From Octopus sinensis (Eukaryota): a DNA stretch of 22,965 nucleotides. Location of the stretch: positions 1 through 22,965 of the forward strand of contig NW_021823577.1 in the NCBI RefSeq assembly GCF_006345805.1, in the 5' to 3' direction. Made by a program: the position numbers and the translations under genes. The notes beneath the pieces are model-generated. The model did no database searches and had not been told where the DNA came from. It saw only the letters and a program-made list of their open reading frames with translations. Shown here in pieces: positions 10,463 through 22,248 of this stretch; position 1 is the first letter of the stretch; every line of letters starts with the position of its first letter.

Positions 10463-10642
10463 AGTGTGTGTGTATATATGCGAAGGCACTACATGAGCAC
10501 CTACATCGCTAAAAATACAATTCAAAAATACTTTTGTGCCGCAGGGTAGTCACAAATCTTCTACAGGCATGGTAGGAAAATATCCCAGTGAACATTAAAA
10601 ACGTGTTACCTCTAGTTGGTCAGCACACGTAATACTGCTCAA

Positions 10643-10698
10643 TTTGGTACCAGTTTCGAAATTAGTGCCAAATAGGTGCCTGTTTCTCTTCAGCCAAA
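10643..10698 (-). ncRNA. Minimal type I hammerhead ribozyme motif (module ~10480-10746)
   Basis: Minus strand TTTGG-CTGAAGA-GAAA...TTTC-GAAA-C-TG-GTA-CCAAA: perfect 5-bp stem I, intact core (10687-10693; 10654-10657), stem II closed by GAAA/TTTC, ACTGGT stem III, GUA triplet. Confidence 0.8.
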
Positions 10699-11186
10699 GT
10701 TTACCAGCTAACTACAAGTAAAATTTTCCCTCATCATGTCTGCAAATATATATATATATATATATAATGTGTGTGTGTGTGTATGCTACATTCGTGTATT
10801 CCATCATCCAGCTTGTCTTTCTTTTGTCATATATATGTATACATACGTAGTATTAAAGAATTTGATGGGAATCTGCATATGTATACGTACTTATATACAT
10901 ATATGTATGTACATATGTTATGTATGCATGCCTGCACGTGTGTGCGTGTATAAATATACGTGTATCCGCGGGATTAATATTGTTTACAATTTTTTTGAAT
11001 AGCTCAAATCCATTTAATGGATCTTTATTAAAGTCCGAAGCTTATTCTACTCCAAACGGATAAATCCAAAGTGATTTTTACTTCATAAGTCACTGAAAAC
11101 ATTACAACACACCAAAGTTTGTTCAGAAGAGAACTTTTTCTTCAACCAGATACATCACAATACTGAATTTTATAACTTATAATCGT

Positions 11187-11196
11187 ACATATATAT

Positions 11197-11281
<85 letters not shown>

Positions 11282-11475
11282 CATACATATTTATATTCAT
11301 GTATACCTTCTTACATTCATACATACATACCAGCTTTGATATTTACAATCATACATGTAAACCTACAGCATACATTCATATGCCCACACGTAAATTCGTA
11401 CATACATTATACATACACATTTGTACACATTCACTAGCTATACATGGTTAACCTTATACAGTCTGTGTTTATGTG

Positions 11476-11521
<46 letters not shown>

Positions 11522-11591
11522 TATATATATATATGTATATATATGTGTATATATATATATTATATATATATATATGTGTGTGTGTGTTGTA

Positions 11592-11640
<49 letters not shown>

Positions 11641-11690
11641 CATACAACAAGAAATATATACATATATAAACATATATACACATATGTGTG
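11187..11690. repeat. (TA)n-rich compound microsatellite
   Basis: Direct reading. Confidence 0.9.
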
Positions 11691-11754
11691 TGTTTGTCTG
11701 TGATGTAAAATCTATAAACAATAACAAGCTTGTTTTTCTTTTTTTTTTTTACAG

Positions 11755-11876
11755 TCGCCTAAAGCAGGGAAGTCTTTTAATCAAGATAAAGGCGCATAAT
11801 TCCTCATACAACTTAATAATCTTTCCGGATAAAATTTCGGTGTATTTGTTTAATGCAACAGAACCTGATTTTGTAG
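11755..11876 (+). CDS. Candidate internal coding exon (122 nt) of an unidentified gene
   Basis: Long polypyrimidine tract + ACAG acceptor (AG at 11753-11754), AG|GTATGG donor (GT at 11877), open frame [40 protein letters not shown] in non-repetitive sequence. No partner exon identified. Confidence 0.4.
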
Positions 11877-12449
11877 GTATGGAAAACATTTTTATGGCAA
11901 CTACCTGATGCATTATTACATTTTGTTCGGTTACACAAAGCAAAAACAAATCCTAATACTACGACTACTAATACTACTACTAATAATAATAATACTAATA
12001 TTGATAATATCAAGGAAAAGAGAAAATACAAACGAAGATGGATAATAAAACAATAGTATTTTAACTTCCCTAGAACGCAAAATTCCATCTTTAATCTGTT
12101 TCGGATTAAAGAACCAAAGGATACAGTTTACATCCACTAGGATAATCTTTTTTCGTATTGCTGACTATGCTTACGAGGAGCCACCTACCGTGGTATTTCT
12201 GTGATGGGGTTTTGTTCTAAATTCATAAATACTCAGTCTTTGCATCGGATTGTTATAACTTCTACAGCTCCATGCAGACTTTTCTAAATCCACTTATATT
12301 ACATATGCGTGAAATATTGTTACGCCATTTTGGAATCTTTACGGAAATCCACGGACGTGGAAAATTACACATATTTTTAGGTTCTTTTTTTTATTATCAG
12401 AAAACAAAATATTTTCCAGTTTTCCAGATGTCACCTAAGTATAAATATG

Positions 12450-12615
12450 TAAATAGGTATATGTATATGCATACGCGCGCACAAACACACACGCACACCT
12501 ACACATACATGTGTGGTATATATATGTATATATAATATATATATCTAATATATATAGATATATATATATATATATATATACAATATATATATTGATATAA
12601 ATATTCATATAATAT

Positions 12616-12654
<39 letters not shown>

Positions 12655-13140
12655 GCACGCATATATTGCATGCAACCGTACATACATAAATGGCTGTTTG
12701 TATGTACGTACACTCCGATACATTCAAATTCATGCAACGAATTTATTCATGTATGCATATTTAGTCTGACATTCTGTATATGTGTGTGTGCGTGTGGGTG
12801 AGTGCATGTTCCTGCACACACATACACACACATATATATATATACATATACATATACATACATGCATGAACATACGTAGAAATATGCATGCATCTATCTA
12901 TCCATCTTTAACTATTTATCTACATATATATATATATATCTACATTATGTACACACACATACACACATATATATATATACATATATATACACACATATAT
13001 ATACATATATATGCATACACACACCACACACAACACACACACACACATATAATATATATATATATATACAGATACTCACACACACACATATATGTTTGTG
13101 CTAGCGTGTCTGTAAATCTGTGTGTATGTGTGTGTATGTG
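12450..13140. repeat. (TA)n/(CA)n/(TG)n compound microsatellite
   Basis: Direct reading. Confidence 0.9.
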
Positions 13141-13319
13141 GATATACGTAGTTAAAACAGATATTTGTATATACTTCACTGCAAGTATATACAAGGATGA
13201 GAAGATATAGAATTTCAACAATGGAGTACGTCATGAATTTAATCCCCAACGTTACTTCAATTCGATGTGACACAACCAAAGTTCTTTCCATTATGTAGTC
13301 GATGTAACAAAAAAGGTAA

Positions 13320-13376
13320 CAATGATAATAATACTAAATAATAATAATAATAGCAACAATAATAATAATAATAATA

Positions 13377-13413
<37 letters not shown>

Positions 13414-13450
13414 TAATAATGATAACAACAACTACAACAACAACAATAAA
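13320..13450. repeat. (TAA)n/(CAA)n repeat
   Basis: Direct reading. Confidence 0.95.
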
Positions 13451-13455
13451 AATTT

Positions 13456-13671
13456 ATTTCCTTATTGCCCACAGAGGGCTAAACATAGAGGGGACAAACA
13501 AGGACAGACAAAGAGTCTAAGTCGATTACATCGACCCCAGTGCGTAGCTGGTACTTATTTAATCAACTCCGAAAGGAGATGAAAGGCAAAGTCGACCTCG
13601 GCGGAATTTGAACTCAGAACGTAGCGGCAGATAAAATACCGCTAAGCATTTCGCCCAGCGTGCTAACGATT
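13456..13671 (-). mobile_element. tRNA-derived SINE (second family), extreme 5' end missing
   Basis: Minus strand AATCGTTAGCACGCTGGGCGAAATGCTTAGCGG...GAGTTCAAATTCC (B box 13603-13615) GCCGAGGTCGACTTTGCCTTTCATC...; homologous copies at 14089-14270 and 14285-14373. Confidence 0.85.
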
Positions 13672-13736
13672 AATAACAATAATAATATAATCATAATAAT
13701 ATAATAATAATAATAATAATAATAATATATATGATC

Positions 13737-13824
<88 letters not shown>
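13672..13824. repeat. (TAA)n microsatellite
   Basis: Direct reading. Confidence 0.97.
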
Positions 13825-14002
13825 TGTACATGGAACAAATAGGGGCTACAATAAAGATGGAGCACTTGCATAAAACAGCACAGCTTGGAACCGCTCGAAT
13901 ACTCCGGAAGGTGCTCGAAAAATAAAGCGTCTTACCTTAGTTCAATGGTAGTGAACAGCTGACACCGTAGTACATCTCCAGCATTAGAAGCTGTGCAAAA
14001 GC
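13825..14002 (+). mobile_element. 5'-truncated Dong/R4-like retrotransposon 3' end in (TAA)n
   Basis: 13827-13925 reads YMEQIGATIKMEHLHKTAQLGTARILRKVLEK*, matching the 'LQK..LLGTARILRKVL' C-terminus of R4/Dong ORFs; short 3' UTR; (TAA)n on both sides. Confidence 0.85.
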
Positions 14003-14076
<74 letters not shown>

Positions 14077-14086
14077 TAATAATAAT
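14003..14086. repeat. (TAA)n microsatellite
   Basis: Direct reading. Confidence 0.97.
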
Positions 14087-14088
14087 AT

Positions 14089-14270
14089 GGAATTGTTGGC
14101 ACGTCGGGCGATGTTTAGCGGCATTTCGTCCGTCTTCACGTCCTGAGTACAAACTCCACTGAGGTCGACATTGCCTCTCGTTCTTTCGGTGCCGAGACCT
14201 AACATATGTACCGGTTGACCATTGACCTTGCAGCAAAATGGCTTTGTGCCGAAATTTAAAAATGATATTA
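14089..14270 (+). mobile_element. Degenerate SINE, same head family as 13456-13671
   Basis: ATGTTTAGCGGCATTTCGTCCGTCTTCACGTCCTGAGTACAAACTCCACTGAGGTCGACATTGCC aligns to the reverse complement of about 13580-13670. Confidence 0.8.
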
Positions 14271-14284
14271 CATTTTAGATTAGT

Positions 14285-14373
14285 GTGATGAGCAGGCAGA
14301 ATCGTTATAATGTTGGACAAAATGCTTAGCAACATTTCTTCCGGCTCTTTACGTCGGGGGTTCAAATTTCGCC
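14285..14373 (+). mobile_element. SINE head fragment, same family
   Basis: GAGCAGGCAGAATCGTTA...AAATGCTTAGC...GGTTCAAATTTCGCCG (A- and B-box-like). Confidence 0.75.
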
Positions 14374-14374
14374 G

Positions 14375-14745
14375 TTTAACATTGGTCTAATATAATTCGA
14401 ACATAGTTCTAAAATTGTCCTAACTTTGTCCAAATTCCATTTTATTGTAGTTCTAGAGTTTATCAAAAATTGTTTTAACATCAATCATCGTTATTCTTAC
14501 ATAGTCGTGACGTTGTTCCAGCATTCCTCTAACGTTGTTTTACGTTGTTCTAACGTCCTTCTAACATCCCTCTAACGTTGTTTCAACGTAGCTCTAACGT
14601 GCTTTTAACGTCATCCTAGCGTTGAACGTCGTTGTAACGTCTTAACGTCATTATTTGTTTTAACATATTCCTATCAATGTTATTCAATAGCAACTACAAC
14701 GTTCTTCTATGACGTTTTAACACCGCCCTACGTTGTTCTACTGCC
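14375..14745. repeat. Degenerate 11-bp minisatellite, consensus CTAACGTTGTT
   Basis: Consecutive units CTAACGTTGTT, CTAACGTCCTT, CTAACATCCCT, CTAACGTTGTT, TCAACGTAGCT, CTAACGTGCTT, TTAACGTCATC at about 14529-14615, decaying on both sides. Confidence 0.85.
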
Positions 14746-15032
14746 GTTTCCCCACATATCTGTTTATATTTCATGCCTGCTACACCAGTTGATGACACGG
14801 AGGGTGACATTTTCCTAGACATAACTTGGTCGTCGACAATGAGTGAATGCTGAAACATATTGCCGATCGATTTCCAGAGAAAAATATTGAGCCTGATAAA
14901 ACCACTTTATTGTATGAAATATATTGGTTGAATAGCTTTTCATACACAGAAGAGTTAGAAAGCAAAACATTAAAAAAATCAATCCATTCTGTATTGACAA
15001 CAACGGCAACGATTACAATGCCGCTGCTCTTT

Positions 15033-15070
<38 letters not shown>

Positions 15071-15137
15071 AACAAAGATGATAATGATATTGGTGATGAT
15101 GATGATGATGATAATAATAATAATGGTAATAATGATG
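15033..15137. repeat. (ATG)n/(ATA)n repeat
   Basis: Direct reading. Confidence 0.95.
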
Positions 15138-15249
15138 AGGCGGAGTGGCAGGGGTTGTAGGGAAGGAGGAGGAATAGTAGAACAATAATACCGTGTCTCA
15201 TAATGAAAATGAAGTGGAGGAAGAGGATGACGACGACGAAAACGAGGAG

Positions 15250-15480
15250 TATATATATATATATATACATACATATATTTATATATTTATACATATGCAT
15301 ATATACATATGTATATATATATATTATATATATATATATAGGTATATATATATGTATATATATATTTGTATGCATATACATATGTGTGTGTACTTGTATA
15401 TACATATATAGTATACATATATGTGTGTGTGTGCTTGTGTGAGTGTGTATTATTGTGTGTGTATGTGCATGTGTGTGTTT
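15250..15480. repeat. (TA)n/(TG)n microsatellite
   Basis: Direct reading. Confidence 0.95.
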
Positions 15481-15796
15481 ATTGAGATCCGAGGAGTTTT
15501 CGTCAGGGTGACTCAAACTAACAAGTATGCGCTCTCAGCGCTCAGATAAGTGTGCCACTAAAATCAAGGCTTGAACTGCAGTTGAAGGTGTGATTTTTTG
15601 ACTCCCTTATCCAAAGCGGCTAGATGTGGCTTCCCTTTGAGTCGGTAGCTATAGGTTAAATTTGAAAACAAAAGGCAAACAGTTTGGCAAGAATTGATAA
15701 GGACACTTAATTTAACTGTATAGTAAAAGAAGTCTGAAACTATGGTCCAAGAAATAGATGGTAAATGTTATTTGTCATTCGAAACTTTATCACTAA

Positions 15797-16193
15797 CTAG
15801 CAGTATCGCCCGGTGTTGCTCGGGTTTGTAAGGGAAATAACTATATAAGCATTTTTAGAGAGTTATAGCAAAAAAAATAGCAAGAAAATGCATTAAAAAT
15901 GGAAAAAAAATGATGTTAATTTTTTTTAAATCGTTGACTCATTGTAGACATTTTCAGAGAGTTACTTCCCTTATATAATAGCGAAAAAATGCATTAAAAT
16001 GGAAAAAAATGATGGTAAATTATTTTTTAAATCGTAGACTCATCGTAGACGCGCGCTAATACCCAGAAGGGCTCGATATGAACCACGACTATAAGATACC
16101 CGCTTTTGGTTACACTGCACCGAAAAATGTGGGAGTAGTTAGGAATCTAAATCGTAGGAGACAGACACACAACTTGACTTTTATATATAAAGA
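15797..16193 (-). mobile_element. Non-autonomous Helitron
   Basis: Minus strand starts TC(TTTATATATAAAAG) at 16193 and ends CTAG at 15797; GC-rich subterminal hairpin at 15809-15824; inserted between A and T with no TSD; internal ~100-bp tandem duplication (15849-15948 / 15949-16050). Confidence 0.85.
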
Positions 16194-17615
16194 TTAGTGG
16201 TTTGGACTTTAGCTGTTCCTTCTAGGGTAAAGGAGTCCTATGATGGACACCACTTATGTGTTTAAATGTACACTGTATTTTATATGAATAATATATAGTC
16301 TATTGACTAATTTTTCTATACGCTAGACCACTGGTAATAAAAATTTCTAAAATCTTTATTACTCTGATATTATTAATTATGTATAATAAAAGGTTTAGAT
16401 ATCCCAGTTATTGGAACATCGTGTCGAGCGAAGACACCATGCTGAGTACTCACTTATCGGAGAGAGATAAAATAAACATATGTAACAGTGGAAGAAAGTT
16501 CCTCATGAGTGAGAGTTGTTGCGCTTCATTATGTCTAGAAAGGATGGAGAAATCCAATTAAATCCAGTTAGATTGGATATTCCTTCGGTAAATCCCTGAT
16601 CAGAGAAAATGGAGGCTAACAGATTCAAAATTGGAGGGAACTGTGCCGAGGAGAAACTATGAGTAATGGCAAAAATTAGTACAGCATTTGTGAGTAAAAT
16701 AGAAATGTGATATGCTGTGATGGAAACGAACAGATAACGACGATTCGGATAAGTGGTCCATTGTCGAAATATACGAAAGAAGAAGAGGAGAGAAATTATA
16801 TTAAAAAAATATAAGTGATCGTTGAAAGAAGTCAAGTTTCGAGAAAATAAAGTACAAAAGTGACAGAAGGATAGTGGGATATCATTTGGTATTGGTGTAA
16901 TCCTAGCTGGGACTACAGCAGCGCGGTGAAAATACATATCAAGGTGCCTTCTGCAGCGAAAAGATATACGTTTTAAACATAAAAATATATTTCGCTACAT
17001 TGAATAATTTTTAGATTAAACTTAAAAGAACTTTCATAACCACTGTTCAACACGCTCTAACACATTCACACACAAACACACACACACATATATATATATT
17101 ATATTTACACATAGATATATACTTACATATATAAAGATGTATGTGTATATATAAGTAGGTATGTATGTATGTACGCATATATGTATGCATGTATGTGGGT
17201 GTGCATTTGGTATATGATATATTTCTACAGATTGTACACACATACTTTTAAACTTTACAATGTTCCTGTATTTATCGGTATACATTTTTACATCCATTTA
17301 TCATTTATATTTATTTTGATTTATTCTCGTGTAGGTTTTCCCTGAATGATCCACGATTAGTGAAGGGAAGGCGGTAGGAGAAAAACAACAATAACAACAA
17401 GAACACAACGACGACGACAACAACAACAACAGAGAAAATAAGACAAAAAAAATAAAAGTAAGTATGATATAAGTAAGGTGGGGAGAGAGATAAGAAGTAC
17501 AAAAAAATTGATCAGCAAAAATATTCCTGTTGTTGCAGTTGAAGTTAAATAAACTACGTATAGTGGAGCTGTCAAGGGAAAAAATTATGGGAATAAACTC
17601 GGTTCCAAAGAATTC

Positions 17616-17616
<1 letters not shown>

Positions 17617-17653
<37 letters not shown>

Positions 17654-17743
17654 TATATATCATATCATAGATGCATATATCTATATTATATATACATAGA
17701 TATATATATATATATATTTATATCTATTTATTTATATATATTT

Positions 17744-17775
<32 letters not shown>

Positions 17776-17942
17776 ATATATATCTATATATATGTATGAG
17801 TGTGTGTCTGGGTATATGTATGTATATCGATAGAAAATCCATCTAATTCTTGCGAGTAGATGAAACGTTTTAAAGAAAACACAAGTTTATTTTATATGCA
17901 CGTCAAGCATGTTCAAGTATGCTTTTATATATATATATAATT

Positions 17943-18005
<63 letters not shown>

Positions 18006-18439
18006 ATTATATATATATATATATAATATATATATATTAACATATATATATAGATACATAATACATATATATATATATATATATATTATATATACATAAA
18101 AATATGAAGGTATACGCAATATATGGTCATAAATATACATATATACACAAACATGTATATACATATATATATATTTGTGTATATAGATATATTTGCTTAT
18201 GTTTATATATACACATATTTGTGTCTATTTAAGTGTATCTTCAGTGTATATGTGAGTGTTTGTGTGGGAATTTTTACAAATGTTTATATGTGTTTATACG
18301 TGAAAGTTAGTTGTTCATTTTCTCTTTGTATGTGTATGCATATGAGTGCATATGCGCTTTAAAAATGAACTGTATTTCAACATCAAACAGTGATATAATT
18401 ATCGACGCAAAAAACGATAACGTAATGCTTTCGTCCAGT

Positions 18440-18472
<33 letters not shown>

Positions 18473-18518
18473 ATAGACAGTATATATTTATATATATATA
18501 TATAGTTATTCATGCGAC

Positions 18519-18572
<54 letters not shown>

Positions 18573-18816
18573 TATACGTATTAATACAAAAAAACATAAT
18601 ATATGTACACACACATACACACAAGCACATGCACACACATATTTAAACACGTAGATTTTTACCTTTACAAAGAGTTGCGTCAGAGTGTGAAAGTGGAGGG
18701 GGTGGTCTGTGTTCATATGTGTGTGTTGTGCACCTGTGTGTCAGTGTGTGTCTGTTGTGTGTTTAGTGTGTTTGTGTGTGGAGAGAGATAGAAAGTGAAA
18801 GAAAGAGTGATGGACT

Positions 18817-18854
<38 letters not shown>

Positions 18855-19520
18855 ACTGTAATTCATCGAAGTTGTTTTTCATCAAAAGCTAGTGATAACA
18901 TAATGATAAGTACGCGTGTGCACTCATATCAGAGCGAGAAAGAGAGGGGGAGAGAAAGAGAGAGTGAGAGAGAGAGCCTGACAGATAGGCAGAAAGACAG
19001 ACAAACAGAGCGTGAGACTTTCCCTCTTTCTGTCTATCTCTATATTTTCTTTCTATCACATATCTAGGTCTACTGACAAGCGCAAGTGTATAAGCCATAC
19101 ACTCATATAATATATATATATATATATATATTATATATAATATATATATATATATATGTGTGTGTGTATGTGCGTGTGCGTGTGGTGTATACACATAACA
19201 CATATATATACAAACATATATATAAGGGTATATATATATGTATATATACGTATATATATACATATATATATGAGTATATAGTATTATATGTATATACGCT
19301 GCAATGTGAGTTGAAATGCATATATAAACATATTATAATATACATATTATATATATATATATACAAATATATATATATACAATATATATATATAGATAGA
19401 TATATATATATATTATATATATAGCTATATATGTAGTATATGTATGTATAATATAATTACAAAACAAATATATATATTATATATATATATATAGATATAT
19501 TATATATATATGTATGTATA
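17617..19520. repeat. Extended low-complexity tract: (TA)n, (TG)n, (GA)n with short unique spacers
   Basis: Direct reading. Confidence 0.85.
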
Positions 19521-19914
19521 TGTAGGTGTATATTTTTCAGACCATAAAAACATTAAAAAAAAGAAACAGCCTGATCTTTCACACATACATACGCCTTGAA
19601 AGATACAAACATAAGCGGTTAACGCAGACACAGCGACACACATCGGCACGAGAAGATTTATATAAACGACGCCATATTGTTACAGTTGTAAATAAAAGAG
19701 CTCCAGGTGCGGTGATACGTAATAGGGTCATTTGTATAAAATCTATCATGTATTTTACCAAGTCACTTTTATAAGGTTGTCTCGTGTTCTTTGCAATGTT
19801 TTACGATCTGAATTGATTTGCGAGACACTGTTCACAAGCAATGAGTGGCACTTTTTTTTTATATACGTACATAGAAACATGCTTACAAGTATGCCTATAA
19901 ATCCATACAGAGGT

Positions 19915-20359
19915 ACATATATATACACATAGCTTTGTATATAAATATATCTATATACGTAGATACACACATGCACAAAAACACACACAAACACATGTAT
20001 AAACGATGTATAAATATGAATGTATGTATGTATGTATGTATGTATGCAAACATATATGTATATGTTGGCGTAAGTATATATACATATACAATCACATACA
20101 TGTTTGTATATATATATATATATATATATACATGTGTGTGTGTGTGTGTATAAATATACATGCATACAAACATGCAAACATTATGTTCATATCTATATAC
20201 ACACATACAGACACACAGACACGCATATATATATACATACATAAATATCTATATATATACATATATGTGTGTGTATGTATGTGTGTGTATATATATATAT
20301 ACATATATGTGTGTATGTGTGTAAATATATATATACATACGTATATGTGTGTGCATGTG

Positions 20360-20410
<51 letters not shown>

Positions 20411-20530
20411 GTATATGTATATATGTATATGTATAAACGCACAAGCATACAAACGTACAAACATGTACATAAATATACACATACACATTCATACATACGT
20501 ACACAAGAACACACACACACACACACACAC
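19915..20530. repeat. (TA)n/(TG)n/(CA)n compound microsatellite
   Basis: Direct reading. Confidence 0.9.
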
Positions 20531-21136
20531 AGAGTACAGGTTCCTTTCTATTGTTGAATGATATTGTCTTTTAATGTTTTGTTTTGTTTTGTTTTTTGAT
20601 TAGCTTTGTGTTTTTTTTTTTGTATTATATTTGTGCCTCTTTTATTATATTTATTTGCTTTCGTCTTTCGAAGCCATAAATTCTATGGCTTTACATTCGG
20701 TTATAGTCGTGTATTGTATTTCGTATTCAAGTGTGTATCATCATACGTAATCTCTATAATATTTATCTTGGCTTTTTGTTTGAGATATATATGTCAAGGA
20801 ATGTCTACACCTGTTTCTATTTATACATGGCGAATACATATAAATATATACAGGAAAACAGACACACGCGCCTCTACACATACTTTTATATGCCTAAACT
20901 CACAGATGCACATACATATATTTATGGATATATATATATATATATATATATGTATATTTGTATGTACGTATGTATATGCATTATTTATGAACATCAGGTG
21001 AAAGAGAAACCATTGCAAGATGTAGGCAATGCTTATTTTTATTCAACTGAAGCATTATAATGTTACTCAGAGTTTCACTTATAGTCTACAACATATGTTA
21101 AACGAACATTTGTCACCATTCATAAGTCTATGCTAG

Positions 21137-21268
21137 ACATACATACATATATACATACATAATACATACATATATACACATATATATATATACATCTATA
21201 TATATACATATATATATATATATATAGAGACACATATATATATATTCATATATATAAATAATATATAT

Positions 21269-21303
<35 letters not shown>

Positions 21304-21308
21304 TAGAT

Positions 21309-21343
<35 letters not shown>

Positions 21344-21363
21344 TATATATTAAATATATTATA
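21137..21363. repeat. (TA)n/(GATA)n microsatellite
   Basis: Direct reading. Confidence 0.95.
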
Positions 21364-21713
21364 TGGCACGTAAAAAGCACCGTCGTGCCGGTGGCAGGTA
21401 AAAGCATCATTCGAGCGTGATCGTTACCAGCGTCGGCTTACTGGCACTTGTGCCGGTGTGCAGGTGACACGTAAACAAACACGATTCTTTCGTGGCCGTT
21501 GCCAGTACCGCCTGACTTGTCCTCGTGCCGGTGGCACGTAAAAGCACCCACTAAACTCTCGGAGTGGTTGGCGTTAGAAAGGGCATCCAGCTGTAGAAAC
21601 TCAGCCAGAACAAGACTGGAGCCTAGTGCAGCCATCTGGTTCGCCAGTCCTCGGTCAAATCGCCCAACCCATGCTAGCATGGAAAGCGGACTTTTAATGA
21701 TGATGATGATGAT
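21364..21713 (+). mobile_element. 5'-truncated SINE-like retroposon with internal tandem units and (ATG)n tail
   Basis: GC-rich island; GTGCCGGTG(GCACGTAAAAGCA) motif at 21385, 21450 and 21525; TGGCGTTAGAAAGGGCATCCAGCTGTAGAAAC domain; 14-nt palindrome CCATGCTAGCATGG (21669-21682) before the (ATG)n tail. Confidence 0.8.
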
Positions 21714-22219
21714 ATATATATATATACTCTGTGCGTGCTATTGCCTCTGTGTATGTGTGTGTGCGCGTGCGTGTTTATATGTGAGTGTGCATTGAAGAAC
21801 TTACTTTTAACGTTGGAAAAGCTAAATGATAGCGAAACCACTTTTGGTTAAAACTCACACTATAAAAGTATTTATATACGGAAACATTTTTTTCCATATG
21901 AAAATTTTTCAGTAAAAACATTATGTTCTCTGTTTTCTTTCTTTTGTGTAAAACTCATTTGTGATTATATTTTACAACAAATCTCTTAAATGGAAAGGTT
22001 TATTATGAGAAAAAGAATTTTCGATCATTTTATATATATATGTCTTTAGGAAGGAAGTGAAAGAAATGAAGAAAGATAGCCGTTGGTAACGCGAGAGCAA
22101 CGAGAGAATCAAGGAGGAAGAGTGAGAGGGAGAGAGGTGAAGGGGAGAAGAAGAATTAGAGTATGGGTGGGAGAGAAAAACAGAAAGGAAGAAGAACAAT
22201 GCATCCTTCTGTATATATT

Positions 22220-22248
22220 TTCTTAAGGGACTTGAAGTCCCTTAAGAA
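22220..22248. repeat. Perfect palindrome, 14-bp arms, 1-nt spacer
   Basis: TTCTTAAGGGACTT-G-AAGTCCCTTAAGAA. Confidence 0.9.

Noticed and set aside
14375-14745. CRISPR-like array (also the repeats at 21364-21550)
   Set aside because: Eukaryotic context, degenerate tandem units without unique spacers, no cas genes.
16379-16937. Purine-rich unique stretch with a 144-aa minus-strand ORF
   Set aside because: No recognisable motif; possibly an ancient transposon remnant but not assignable by eye.
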